Assembly: GCA_963693365.1 (NCBI GenBank)
Contig: CAVNZM010000003.1
Location: forward strand, 10,508,101-10,572,100
Direction: 5' to 3'
DNA length: 64,000 bases
DNA from: Amoebidium appalachense
Lineage: Eukaryota; Protista; Ichthyosporea
The notes under the pieces were generated by a model. That model saw nothing but the letters and a program-made list of their open reading frames with translations, was not told where the DNA came from and searched no databases. The translations under genes and the position numbers were made by a program. Shown in pieces: positions 1 to 17,113 of this stretch; within the stretch, counting starts at the first letter, position 1, and every line of letters begins with the position of its first letter.

Positions 1-900
<900 letters not shown>

Positions 901-1169
901 TTTGGAAATATCTATTTGTAAATTATGATGCTGATTTTTCATATTACTTTCTACTAGACCCTTTAATTATCTAGTCAGTGGTAGATCTTGAGATTGCGGC
1001 CACAATGCATCCAAATATCTAGTGAATACTAGATTCTGGCTTAAAATTTGATGTCACCAGATTTGACAAAGAGTATCAATGACCTTCTGTCCTTTGCTCT
1101 ATTATTTACCTCCTTCTGCTATTGCTTATGACTTTTGAACTAGATGGTTTTGTTTCTTTTTGGCACTAG

Positions 1170-2011
1170 AGATGTGTTGTGGATACTTACGCCCCTTTGG
1201 TCCTTATCAACCACAGAAACCCGTGAATGTCGAGCGGGCACTTATTCGCCGTCACTGCCCGCCTAAGAATGCGGTACTTTCACTTTGTTGTGGTACCGGC
1301 TCCGTTGTCGAAGCGGCTGCAATGGAGCGGCACGACGTTGTTGGCTTTGACCTCGACGAGAGGCTTTGTGAGATGATCACCAACGAGCGCATGCCTAGCG
1401 CTGAGCTACACAGCCAAGTGTATCAAGCTGTCCTAGGCCAAGACCGTGACATGTTGCCTCAGACCGTTGATGATGCCGACCCTTTGATCTCTGAGCCTAG
1501 CTCAGAGGCTTTGCAGCTTTCCTCCAAAATCGTGAGAACCGCCATGTCGGAAGATGGTTGGTTGTTTGATTACGGCGGACCAAATACGGACGGTACGTGG
1601 GGCAATTTGAGTCACGGACCCATTCTCGACAATGTCAACCGTACCAACCTCCTGGACTACTGGAAGCCCAACGGTGTTAAACGGAAATATGATGGAGCCT
1701 GGGTAAACGATCCGGGTGCTAAGTGGCAGCGACTTGAAAGCTCTACGGACTCGCGTGCAACCAACCCCAATCCGTTTGGGTTTCCTCAACAAGACGATCC
1801 CAGCCTTCTTGCAAAATTGGCTGAAATGCAGGCAAACATCCGGCCTGCATCGACAACAGCTCAGCCGTCCCTTCCACCAGAGTTTCCCCCGACCATAGCC
1901 CCTGTTCAGGAAAAACAAAGCCACACAGCCGACGCTCCACCACAACCGATCACTCTGCCCGTAGTTGCCGGCCACACACCAGAAGTAACACAAGACTCAG
2001 CGTCTAAGTAG
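1170..2011 (+). CDS. Terminal exon of a beta-class amino-DNA methyltransferase-like protein (C-terminal half of N6_N4_Mtase domain) with a low-complexity tail
   Basis: PQKPVNVERALIRRHCPPKNAVLSLCCGTGSVVEAAAMERHDVVGFDLDERLCEM matches the beta-class pattern xQKP..L...LI......D.VLDxFxGSG...AA...R..IGxExD (motifs X, I, II). A pyrimidine-rich tract and AG (TTTGTTTCTTTTGGCACTAG) precede it, giving a likely splice acceptor. The catalytic D/S-PPY motif is not in the window. Confidence 0.7.
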
Positions 2012-2842
2012 ATGTATGTGTGCGTAAGGGCCTGGCTGCTCTCAATATGTTAAATACCATTGTACTGTGTTCTTATCGTTTCATTAGGCTACTTGGCAGT
2101 ACTCTTAATTTGCCAGCAACAAAGTTTCTGCTTAGAATTTACCTTGTTCATTAAGTTATTGCCAGCGTGCAGTTGTTGTCGAGACGCCCAAACTCCAAGT
2201 GCGAGTTTAGTCGGCTTGGTGTACGTTGTTTCAGTTGTTATCTTTGAACTTTAAATCAGTGGCCGCCCCGGCCCACTGTATTAGCTGGCAAAGACAATGT
2301 AAAACGATGTTTTACGTATTCATTCTTCAAATAATTGAGCCTCACGGAGAATTGTCTAGTATTAGTAGTGCGCACTTCCGTTGGCATTCGGGTGGTCACT
2401 CTCAATTTCAAAAATAAACAAGCAGTCTTGTATTCTCGTTCACATGATGATAGCCAGCCGTGTTCCTTTTAGTGGGTCAATGTTCACTAGTTCTAAGTAA
2501 CCTGTGCATTTCACTTCTTCGCCCTTAGTTCCCCACCTTAACCCTACAGTCCTATAGGCTCTCGTCCATTCACTGACCACCAGGTCTCAGTTAAACTTCC
2601 TGGTTTGATTACCTATGTAGTGCGTCAGATTCTTATAGCTGCAGTAATGCCCACAATACGTTTTGCGGCAAGGCTTATGCTAAATCAAAAAAAAAAAACG
2701 GTTGAAAGTACATGAAAATCTAGCTACATGCTCTAGCATACAAGTATTAATTTATACTAATACCTTGATCCAATAATTGGCCGCCAAAACCAGGTTTTTC
2801 TTGGCCTTTGAACTTTAGTTCAGGAATCGAAAGCAGGCTCCT

Positions 2843-3320
2843 GTATCCATCCCCCCCCCCTCCTCCCCCTCCCCCCCCCCCCCCCGGCTCACCTCCCCCC
2901 CCCCCCCCCCCCCCCCCCCCCCAAAAAAAAGGAGAAGAAGCAGAAGAATAAGAAGAAGATAGAGAGAGAGAGCGATAGAGAGCGATAGAGAGAGAGAAAT
3001 AGAGAGAGAGCCTTCCCCCACCCCCCCCCCACCCCCCCCCACAGCACACCCCCTAAAAAAAGAAAGGGAGGGGGGGGGGGGGGGAACAGAGAGAGAGAGA
3101 GTTAGGTAGAGCCTCCCTCCTCTACCTTTTCCGCCTCCCCCCCACACCCCACGCCCTTAAAAAAAGAAATGGGAGTGAGGGGAAGAGAGAGAGAGAGATA
3201 GAGAGGGGGGGGGGGAGGGAGAGGGGGGGGGGGGGGGGAGTGTGTGTGTGTGAGAGAGAGAGGGAGGGGGTGAAAGAGAGAGGGAGAGGGGAGGGAGAGA
3301 GAGAGAGGGAGGGAGGGAGG

Positions 3321-3358
<38 letters not shown>

Positions 3359-4160
3359 AAGAGAGAGGGAGAGGGGGGGGGGGGGGGAGGGAGAAAGAGA
3401 GAGAGAGACCCAGACACACACACACCTTACGTTTCCGCCCGCACCCCGCTTCTCCCACTTCATTACTCATATCCAGCCTCCCTCCTGGGCAGAAACTTGT
3501 TTGGAGAGAATGGCTGCATGGCTCCATCCTCATGGAAAAGGCAACGTGAACCATATTGCAGTTGCTCTCATGCTGGTCTATGCTCGCACATCTCTGACAG
3601 GACAATCGTGTGTGCCTGTGCAGAAGACACCACCCACCCTCATCCATGCACTCACACTCTGTGGTTCCTAGTTGGTTTATTCAACTTACTTTACTTACTT
3701 GACTTACTTGACTTACTTTACTTACTTTGCTCACTTGTACACCTACAGCATGTACGGTTTGCTGCAGTCACCAGCAACCAATCCACATGCATGGGCTACG
3801 TCACTTTCAACCCCGTCCTGTCGGTGGGCACACGGTCACTACATGCTCTGGCCCAAGGGAGAGGTATGTGGTTGTGGTGTGATAGATGTGTCTCTGTTTG
3901 GCATGGCAGCTTCAACTTCAACTTTTGGGCCCATTTTGTTTTCGAAGGCTCGAGTATTCACCTCGGGGCTCCGCTGTATCGAGAAAAGGTGCCGAGGATC
4001 ATGTACCGTTCTTTGTATGCCCCGTCTCTCTTCGGAAGCCCGTTTACCTGCTGCTCCCCTCTCCCTTCCCCCCCCCCCCCCCCCCTCCCCCCCTGTTCAC
4101 CTCTGTGACGGCTCTGTTTAAAGTGTTAATGGGGAACAGGATGGGGCAGGGCCCAAGGGT

Positions 4161-4201
<41 letters not shown>

Positions 4202-4986
4202 GTGTGTGTGTGGGAGGGGAGGGGGGAAAGGCTGGACGAAAGTTATATTAGATTCAAGGAGTTCGTGGGGCAAAGGGAATATATGTATGTGTACTACACG
4301 AATACATACATGGTCGCCAGTGCACACGCGTTAGGGCTTGCTTTCTCTCCCTTCCCCTCCTCTCCTGCCTACACACACACATCCACACATACACAGACAC
4401 ACACGCTCGTGCACACACGCACGCACGCACGCACGCACGCACGCACACACATGCACGCATGCACACACGCACACACTCTCACACACACACACACACATAC
4501 ACGCACACTTGCACACATTTGTTTTCCCTTCTGATCAGCTCGACTGAGGGTACATTTATGAATGCACAGTGAACAATGGGGCTAAATTGGTATGTTCCGT
4601 GCCTGTGTGTACCCAAACACGGGCATGTCTGAAGTCACACCAAGCAGAAGAGCAGACACATAACACAAGAGGGTATTTTGGGTTTCAGACAAGGTTGACA
4701 AGCGGCTCGCACATTGTTTTTCCATGTACGTGCGGTGGGTATTGGGGCGCGGGGGGGGAGGAGGGGGGGGGGGGGGGGGTACAGTCTCACTCCTGGTCGG
4801 CACAGGGCCCCAACAAACTGTGTTCAGCATTCAGAACGGTCAGACTGCTCCTGGCCGGTTGTCTCCCTTTGGAATGGTGGGAACGGTATGTGTAGTTAGT
4901 GCTCTACTTCCCTTCACCCGCTCCACCCGCCTCCACCCCCTTCACACACACACACACGTCATACACACACACACACACACACACAC

Positions 4987-5000
<14 letters not shown>
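2843..5000 (+). repeat. Segmental repeat unit A, partial copy 1
   Basis: Near-identical non-microsatellite blocks recur at about 13690-15370 and 26900-29150 (e.g. CACACCTTACGTTTCCGCCCGCACCCCGC, GGACGAAAGTTATATTAGATTCAAGGAG). Confidence 0.9.
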
Positions 5001-5041
<41 letters not shown>

Positions 5042-5252
5042 GGGAGAGGGATAGACAGAGGTTAGACAATACCCCAAAAATACCCTAAAAAATACCCCAC
5101 TGCCAGAAAAAAATACCCCGCCTGGAAGAGGCTGGGGTACACTACCCTTCCTGCGTAGGGTACGTGGCCGGATAGGGGAGTGTACATATAGGCCCCCCCC
5201 CCCCCCCGGCCCCAGGGGGGGGGGGGAAGCGTGAGGGGGGGGGGGGGGGGGC

Positions 5253-5299
<47 letters not shown>

Positions 5300-5699
5300 G
5301 GGGGGGAGGGGAGGTAACAACCACACAACCCAACATTAATAACTGTCTCGTTATGTTTTGGCGCCGGCGACAGCCGTTATGTTTTGGCGCCGGCGACAGC
5401 CGGCGCACAGACCTACTTGTATCTATCAATAAGTGCAACCTGTTAGCTAACCGTTGGTAACAGAACCGGAGGTTATTGGCGGTTTTATTCACTTTTCTTC
5501 CTCTCTTCCTTAATATATCCGTTTTAAGATGACTATCCTAGATCACCTTATTAATGCTGCACAGTATGATATTGTGATCCGGTGCCTTAACTTTCTTTCG
5601 GAGCTACCGATGCTAGCCAAGGCTTACCCATAATTGGGGCCAGAGGCCCTTTCTATTCTGCATACGGTGCCCTTTTCGCACAGGGTTGGAAGGGGGAGG

Positions 5700-7440
5700 G
5701 TGGTCACCGGTAACGTTTTTTGGGCGGGGGAAGGTGGACAAAAAACAGGAAGAGAAAAGAAAGAGGGATTGAGATAGCGAGAGGAAGAATCAGGTGGAAA
5801 GAGGGTAGGCTGAGGACATTCAGAAGTAGCGTTGGTGAATCGGGGGGGAAGAGGGATGGAGGGAGGGGGGGGAAAGAAAGCATAAAGAGGGTGACCATCA
5901 GGTAGCCTAACTAAATGAAAACAAAAACGAAGAGACAATTCCTCCATACGACAAACAGCACACGACAATCCAAACATACTGATTAAGGGAGGCACAAACC
6001 GAGTACGAAACAAAGTGCGTAGCGCAGTACCCTGAAAATCGTCGAACTCGTTCAGCGCCATTGCCGCCTCGCGAGGTGGGGCGCAGGCCAATAGCGGAAG
6101 TCCATATTCGAAAGTCGGCCGTAAAAAAGTTTTATAGTAGAGAAGAAGGTTCGCAGGATGGCTCCTGTTGAAACATATTTGACACGATGTGAAGCTTACC
6201 CTTCGCACGAGCGATCCGTGCCGTGAGGAGCTTGCGGAAATCAATACCCCGTGCAGTAAAAGGAATACCCAAATAGTCATAGGTGCTCTGAACAGGAATA
6301 GGGAGGCCGGCCAATCGAAAGGAAGTGTTCTTCGAAAAAGTAGCACACTTTGCAATTCCGACTGTCATGAGATTCTCGGTGCACCATTGATCCACCTGAC
6401 GAAGCATCTGGTGCATGACATCTTCGGTTAAAGAACAAAGAACAATATCGTCCGCAAAAAGGAGACCCGGTACACGGCGGGTATGCAGTTGGCCAAAGGG
6501 TTCGAGGGCGCAGGCTAAATCGTCAATGAAAACGTCAAACAACAACGGACTCAGGAGGGACCCCTGCAGAAGACCCCGGGAACGGGAAAAACCGGGTGTT
6601 AATGTTCCATTGACCGCCGCTCGTCCGCGAGTGGTATCGAACAACGCTTGCAGAAGACGGCCAAAGGGGGCTGGTAAGCCCCGCATAGCCAGCTTATGCC
6701 ATAACAAACCAGTGGGTACGGTGTCGTAGGCGTTCTTAAGGTCGATGAAGACAACGTGTGGAGAGCCAGAAGTAACTGAATGGATTCATGGAGCAACAGA
6801 CTGTGAGTATAACACGACTAGGCATGACGAAAGCCCCCTTGAAGGGAAGAAAGGCGGAACACGGCGTTTAAAGAATCATCGGTGCTAAACGCGCGAAGCA
6901 TGCAACCCTCGAAGAGCCGACGAAAAGCGTTGGTAAGTGTGACGGGACGAAAGTCGTTAATGACCCCCTGCGATACCTTCTTACGAACGGGCGTAACGAT
7001 TGTGTCAAGCCACGAATTTGGAATAAACCCGAGTTCGAAAAAAGCCGAAAAAAACTCACTAAGAAGGACAGCAAAAGGCGGGGGCGGGGGGGACTCTGCA
7101 CGATTACGGGGCGGAAGCACGGGAGAAAGAACCTTGAAAAGCACGGGAGGAAGAGCATCCGGCCCGCACGCCTTGCGGGGTTTTAACGCCCGTATAGCAC
7201 CAAAAACAGCCGAAGAGTTGAAATAACTATGAAAAGTGCCCGGGAACGATCGGTCCGGCTCCCAACTTGGCGGCTGGGAGAGGCCAGCGGGCGGTGATGG
7301 AACCGTGGACACGTTAGGAAGCGAAAATAGGGAAGCATAATAGTCATCGACGGATTCAGCAACGGAGATGGAAGGAGACGGGGCATAGACTTGCACGGTT
7401 ATTTGAGTGTACCTTGATTTGCGAATCGAAATGTCCGGTT
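5700..7440 (-). pseudogene. Decayed non-LTR (LINE) retrotransposon ORF2, reverse transcriptase region split by frameshifts
   Basis: KACGPDAL, DFRPVTL, LQGGFR, VFIDLKNAYDTVP, RGLLQGSLLSPLLFDVFIDDL, LLFADD, YDYLGI and YKTFLRPTFEYG are spread over three frames (6818-7699, 6132-6707, 5624-6355). No endonuclease domain was recognised. Confidence 0.9.
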
Positions 7441-8029
7441 TAGCGTTGATACCTGGCAAAGAACAGCATAAGCGCGGTAAAAATACCGTTTCCGTGATCA
7501 TGATGTTTGGAGCCTGATCAGACGTCGGAGCTCGCAAAAGAAGAAAACGTTGTTTTTGCATAGTGGTCGACCGACTTACTGCGGATACTAATAGAAGCAA
7601 TGGGGGGTTTTTTGAAAGGAACGCCGCGTAAGGCGTTGGGCGTGGTCTTCTCGCTCGTGCCCTTTGTGCTGCTGCTGGCTGCACCTTCGGCAGCACCATA
7701 GCTACATGCCTAGTCCAATGAACATCTTAGTCTGTATAAGTAGAAGCCAATGTATGCCGTCGTTTTATTATCTACCTGCCTGTGTGCTCTCGTGTCACGT
7801 TTTTATGTGAACCAGGGAGTGATTTTTGTTCTCATTACCTCAGGTTGCTTCAGATGTGTCCGATGAGGCTGGCAACATGACATGTGTCAATGTGACACCC
7901 AACGCCGCCGCTGCTTTTGGATTTCAGGTGTGTAATTGCTTGTGTCCCCATGAAGCGTTAGAAATTCTGCGGTTTTGGGTTTTCCTTCCTGCATGAAACG
8001 TCGGATTTGTACAGACACACGCAAACACA

Positions 8030-10860
<2,831 letters not shown>

Positions 10861-11570
10861 CACAAGCACATGCATAAAAACGTTTTTTGCGAGAGGGGCA
10901 TGGCCTCTGGCCCCTTTTTAGCAGACGGGAGCCCCGCATTCGGCTGCCAGTATCTTATGTAATAGGGGTGTCATATCAAGTGACTACGATGGCGCTCATT
11001 GTTGCAGCATGTACGGTGTTTCTAGATGGCCGTGATGGCCGTGAGCATGTACATTTTAGACACCAAACTGCTTTTCGATTGCTTTATGGCCGGTCTGATG
11101 ATGAGAGGCAGCACCCGGCTAGCGCTGCCGTCCCCGCAGCCCCCCACTGGGCCGCAAATAAATCACATGTACTGACTCCTGGCCCTGGGGCCATACATAC
11201 GGGCCCGAAAACAGAAATCATGGGCCATACATATGAGATCAATACAGATAAGGCCCTCGGGCCCGAAAACAGAAATCATCCCCCCCCCCCCTCCCCCCCC
11301 CCCCCCCCCCCCCCCCCAAACCAAGCACTACTACCCTCAACCTAGCACTTACAGCCCTGATCCATAAAGCTGAGAACAGCAGGCAAACGGCGAGGAAACA
11401 GAATGCGGGCGGGTGGGTGGGTCCTAAGAGAAGCGGCGAGGAAAAGACTGTTTGAGAGAAGCGAAAAACACGACTTTTATAGTCGCTTCTACAGGAAGAG
11501 ATGGTGGTGGTTTATTTTGTATTGTATTCACTGTATTTTCGTATACTTATGTGTGTGTCGGTGTGTGTAG

Positions 11571-11831
11571 GTGTACAAGAGCAGACCGTGTAAACCAGCT
11601 ATGCTATAAGGTGCTCAGCCAACAGTAGTTACACCAAAGAGGGGTGAGGCCTGGGGAGGCCGTCACCACACCCCCCTATCTACTGTGTGGTCTAGAATGG
11701 ATCTAGTGGACTAGCGCCAAAGTCCCTGCCCCAGGCGTCCTTATAGCTAAGCGTGCTGGTGTTGCCGGTGTATGGCATGTGTGCTAACCCCCTAAGCACA
11801 GACGAGAAACTTTACGGGAACTGCTGTACAC
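11571..11831 (+). ncRNA. Candidate structured RNA of unknown family
   Basis: Nested helices found by eye: GTGTACA/TGTACAC, AGCAG/CTGCT, CCAGC/GCTGG, GCTATAAGG/CCTTATAGC, GCCTGGGG/CCCCAGGC, plus hairpins CCACAC/GTGTGG, TGCC/GGCA and TGTGCT/AGCACA. A T6 run lies at 11879-11884. Confidence 0.4.
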
Positions 11832-13242
11832 TGCAAAGAAGTTGTGTGTGTGTATGGTGTGGTGAGGTCGGGCTACAGTTTTTTCAATAGCGGGCTATCA
11901 GGTCAAGATCTATTCCTATTGGTCGAAAGTTAAATGTGGATATATGGGTGTATTTCTGATATCTCATTGGTGACTAACACTATGCATTTATCCAATCCGA
12001 TAATAGCAATTGTTCAACCGTGTTCATCTATGGTACGTGGGTTCATTTTACATTAGGAACTATCTAATAACGTAAACCATCAACAAATAATAAATTATAA
12101 GAATACTATTGAATCAGAAACCGAACTAGTTTAGGGATGAATCAACATTTTACATGCAACCAAAATTCAAATTATATCTACAAGTTAGAATTTTGAGATA
12201 CGTACATACCCTTTCCCCCAGATCTATGGTCTAGAGATTGATCTATTTCCGATATACGGGTGTCTGCGTGTATACGTGTGTGCAGGTGTTTGTGTGTGCA
12301 TGGTGTGTGTATGTTGTATGTGATTGTGGGTGTGTTTGTATACGTGTTTATGTGTGTGTGTTATGCAGATGTGGTCACCCCGGGTTGTTGGGTTGGGGGG
12401 GGGGGGGGGGGGGAAGGGGGAAAGGGAAGAAGGGGGGAGAAGAGGAGAGAAAGAGGGATGGGGGGGAGAGAGGAGGGGGGGGGGGGGGGAGGACGGGGAA
12501 GGGGGGTTGTTTATATCTTAGCCATCACTAACCATATCTAGGTACTAAGGGGGGGGGGGTTGTTAGTATAAGGAAGTTAGTATGGTTAGTGGGGGTGGGT
12601 TAGTGGGGTTCCGAAGGGATCTGTGTGTCGGTGTGTGCTTGTGTATGAGTGATGCCGATCATCACACCATCTTCTTCCGATTGGTGGATAAAATGAGTAT
12701 TTACCAAATATATCATATGTCACTGGCTGCATTTGATTGGCTGCGCTGGAAAACGCAGTAGGCCGTCGAATGCGGTGGCTGGGCCTCAGCGTGTCCACGC
12801 AATAAAAAGTGTGTAAACCCCTTAGCAGCTTTGTATAGACCCGCCTCCTCGTCCTCCCCCTCCCCCCCCCCCCCCCCCCCCTTGCACACCCTTCGTCCTC
12901 TCTCTCCCCTACCCCTCCGCTCCTTTCTCCAACTCCCGCCTTTTTCCGCTCCTTCCACCCACAAACACAATACATGCATGATTTCTTTGCCTCTGCCATC
13001 ATATGGGCAGCACGACTCTTTGTTCCATTTCAATTCTCACCGAAAAGCTAGAATCTTTCAGCCCTATTTTAGTTAACCCTGGGAACTTGTTGTTCGTGTG
13101 TTGCATCTTGTCCGAACACGCTATTTTGCTTTTCGCTGGTGGAGGCAGAACCAAGCCCGTTGATGGCAGTCGCGGGTAGATTTGGTAGGCAGGGACTGGG
13201 GGAGGGGGGGAGGGGAGGAGGAGGCGATGGGTGGGTGGGTGG

Positions 13243-13273
<31 letters not shown>

Positions 13274-13846
13274 GGGGTTGCATGATGTTGAAGAGCCTTG
13301 TAGGTACCTAGTGTTGTGCCGGTAGGGAAAGAGTCGGGATCGAGAAGGAAGGGAGGTGTGGGGAGGGGGGAGGAGGGCGGGGGGAGGAGGGGAGGGGGGA
13401 AGGGGGGCCCCAGGTGAAATAAGTATCACCCTGAGGAGAAGGTTACGAGGAAAAATATGCAACACCGTGGAAATTATTTCAACGTGCAGCACATATGGCT
13501 TGGTGCCTCACTTGCTTTCAGACATAAAAGACAACTTTTGGCAGGCCTTTGGTCTGTGACTAATATGTTGTTCTTTTTTGAAGATACTCTTTGTTTGCTT
13601 GTTTGTCTGTCGTCTGGGAGGATGTTGACCAGGAGGTTGGTTCGAGTGGCTGTCTCGGGAACTAAACCAGCAACCTCGGTGGGAGAGGTATCCATCCCCC
13701 CCCCCCCCCTCCCCCCCCCCCCCCCCTCCTCCCCCCTCCCCCCCCCCCCCCCGCCCGGCCCACCTCCCCCCCCCCCCCCCCCCAAAAAAAAAAAAAAAGG
13801 AGAAGAAGAACAAGAATAAGAAGAAGATAGAGAGAGAGAGCGATAG

Positions 13847-13890
<44 letters not shown>

Positions 13891-14214
13891 AGAGAAAGAG
13901 AGAGAGAGCCTTCTCCCTCCCCCCCCCCCCCCCCCCCACCGCACACCCCCTAAAAAAAGAAAGGGAGGGGGGGGGGGGGGGAACAGAGAGAGAAAGAGAG
14001 TTAGGTAGAGCCTCCCTCCTCCACCTTTTTTGCCTCCCCCCCACACCCCACGCCCCTAAAAAAAGAAATGGGAGTGAGGGGAAGAGAGAGAGAGGGGGGG
14101 GGGGGGGGGGGGGAGGGAGAGGGGGGGGGGGGGGTGTGTGTGTGTGTGTGTGAGAGGGAGGGGACGAAAGAGAGAGGGAGAGGGGAGGGAGAGAGAAAGA
14201 GGGAGGGAGGGAGG

Positions 14215-14271
<57 letters not shown>

Positions 14272-15394
14272 CGAAAGAGAGAGGGAGAGGGGGGGGGGGG
14301 GGGGGAGAGAGAGAGAGAGACCCAGACACACACACACCTTACGTTTCCGCCCGCACCCCGCTTCTCCCACTTCATTACTCATATCCAGCCTCCCTCCTGG
14401 GCAGAAAGTTGTTTGGAGAGAATGGCTGCATGGCTCCATCCCCATGGAAAAGGCAACGTGAACAAAATTGCAGTTGCTCTCATGCTGGTCTATGCTCGCA
14501 CATCTCTGACAGGACAATTGTGTGTGCCTGTGCAGAAGGCACCACCCTCATCCATGCACTCACACTCTGTGGTTCCTAGTTGGTTTACTCAACTTACTTT
14601 ACTTACTTTACTTACTTTGCTCACTTGTACGCCTACAGCCTGTACGGTTTGCTGCAGTCACCAGCAACCAATCCACATGCATGGGCTACGTCACTTTCAA
14701 CCCCTTCCTGTCGGTGGACACACGGTCACTACACGTTCTGGCCCAAGGGAGAGGTATGTGGTTGTGGTGTGATAGATGTGTCTCTGTTTGGCATGGCAGC
14801 TTCAACTTCAACTTTTGGGCCCATTTTGTTTCGAAGGCTCGAGCATACATCTCGGGGCTCCGCTGTATCGAGAAAAGGTGTCGAGGATGTACCGTTCTTT
14901 GTCTGCCCCGTCTCTCTTCGGAAGCCCGTTTACCTGCTGCTCCCCCCCCCCCCCTCCCCCCCCCCCCCCCCCCCCCCTCTGTCCACCCTCTGTGACAGCC
15001 CTGTTTAAAGCGTTAATGGGGAACAGGATGGGGCAGGGCCCCAGGGGTTGCTTTTTTTTTTTTTTCTTTTCTTTTTTTTTTTTTTTGGTGTGTGTGTGGG
15101 AGGGGAGGGGGGGGAGGGCTGGACGAAAGTTATATTAGATTCAAGGAGTTCGTGGGGCAAAGGGAATATATGTATGTGTACTACACGAATACATACATGG
15201 TCGCCAGTGCACACGCGTTAGGGCTTGCTTTCTCTCCCTGCCCCTCCTCTCCTGCCTACACACACACACCCACACATACACAGACACACACGCGCGTGCA
15301 CACACGCACGCACGCACGCACACACATGCACGCACGCACACACACACTCACTCACACACACACACACACACAGAGGAGAGAGAGGCGGGGAGAG

Positions 15395-15519
<125 letters not shown>

Positions 15520-16188
15520 CACACACAGAGAAACGTACGCGCGCACACACGCACACAAACAAAATCACACATTTTGAAACACACACATACACTAGAGCCA
15601 GTGTGCAAATACATAAGCACAAACACTGGCAAGAAAATCAATCAATATAAAAGGCGGGGGAAAGAAAGGGAAAAAGAGAAAGATATGCATGCCACCATCC
15701 AAACCCAGAACCAAAGAAGAAAAAATGAATGAATGAATGGTGGCACCAATAGCATTCAAACCCCAGCAACCACATAACACAGACTGAATATTGACACGCC
15801 ACACCAACACATTGTCAACCACCCAACGGTGGATGTTTGTTTGTTGGGGATTTTTATAGTTAAATGTGTCGGGGTTGGTATACAGCCTAAGGTGTGCCGT
15901 TTGTGCGAATGTGAAGTTTGTGGGAGGGCTACAAGGAGAGAGGGGCCCAGGGGAAAGGCGGGGGGGGGGGGGGGGGGGGGGGGAGGGGGTAGGCAATGAT
16001 CATCGCAAAGCTCAGCTGCCGCAAGTGCACTTACGATGCCTTTTTAAAGTCTAAAATAAAGAGAATGAACATATGAAGATTTTCTCATCTCTGATGTAAA
16101 ACGCGATGCAGGGAAGGTCGCGGCCGGCAGACACTCATTGGGCCCGTTCGCCCATTTGCGACCTGAAATGTGAAAGACACAGGCCAAC

Positions 16189-17113
16189 TGTTGTAATACG
16201 TAGTATTTACATATGGTAAGATCTTCTCAGTTTGTGTTATGTTTCAGTTCATATGCTTAGTGTAAATGCCACACTCCTATTATGTAAAGTGTAGCATCGA
16301 TCTCCGATATGCTTGTATACTTGTAATCGTGTTGTATCGGCTTTAATCGTGTATTGTAATATCGATTAGAATATTTATATGTGTGTACACGGATCCACCC
16401 ACTCAGGGAGAGACGTGTACATGTTCGTGTGTACATAAATATCTCTGGTTATAGTTATGCTATTACTATCTTGTTTGTTGATCTGTGCTCTCTTTTCCTT
16501 CCTCTTTCTCCTTCCTTATTTTCTTTTCTTTCTCTCCTTGTCTTCATGTGTATAATCGTATTTCTTTTCTACTAATATATGTTAGGTAGATTTGTGTTAC
16601 TTAATACGTGTTCATTGGACGGTAACACACTTAGGCTACACTTAGAATAGCATGTGTGTTTAGACTTCATTAATTCACTTTAGTTTTCATGTGTTGCCGG
16701 GCTTTAACCAATCATCAAGGTTAAGTGTGATATGTCTGAGTCTTTGCAGTATGTCATAGGTTAGAACTTCCTTGATGATGACACGAGTTGATCTTAACTA
16801 GTGTCTGTGTCCTATCGTGTACGCCTCCGCGTACCGGATCTCTCTGAAAGCAATTGGTTCTTAGTGATTGGTTTCTATTAGAGATGGATCTGATTTCCGA
16901 CTGGTCGGAAATCATGTATGGATTGGACTTAGAGGAATTTCAGGTATTTATTCGAAGATCAGAATAAATTCAGTTCAGTCGTGTCTAAACATTGATGTCT
17001 GTTGTGTACACTGCTCCGATCGTTCCGTGTTTTGTTGTTGTGTGTGTCTGTGGTGTTTTCACACTGCACCACTGTGTCTCTGCTTACATCCCAAATACTT
17101 ATAAAATTTAACA
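16189..17113 (+). repeat. 5' LTR (925 bp)
   Basis: TGTTGTAATACG...AAATTTAACA. Confidence 0.97.

Noticed and set aside
11095-11110. Hammerhead ribozyme cores (CTGATGA here, at 52305, and at 56770 minus)
   Set aside because: There is no correctly placed stem II plus GAAA.
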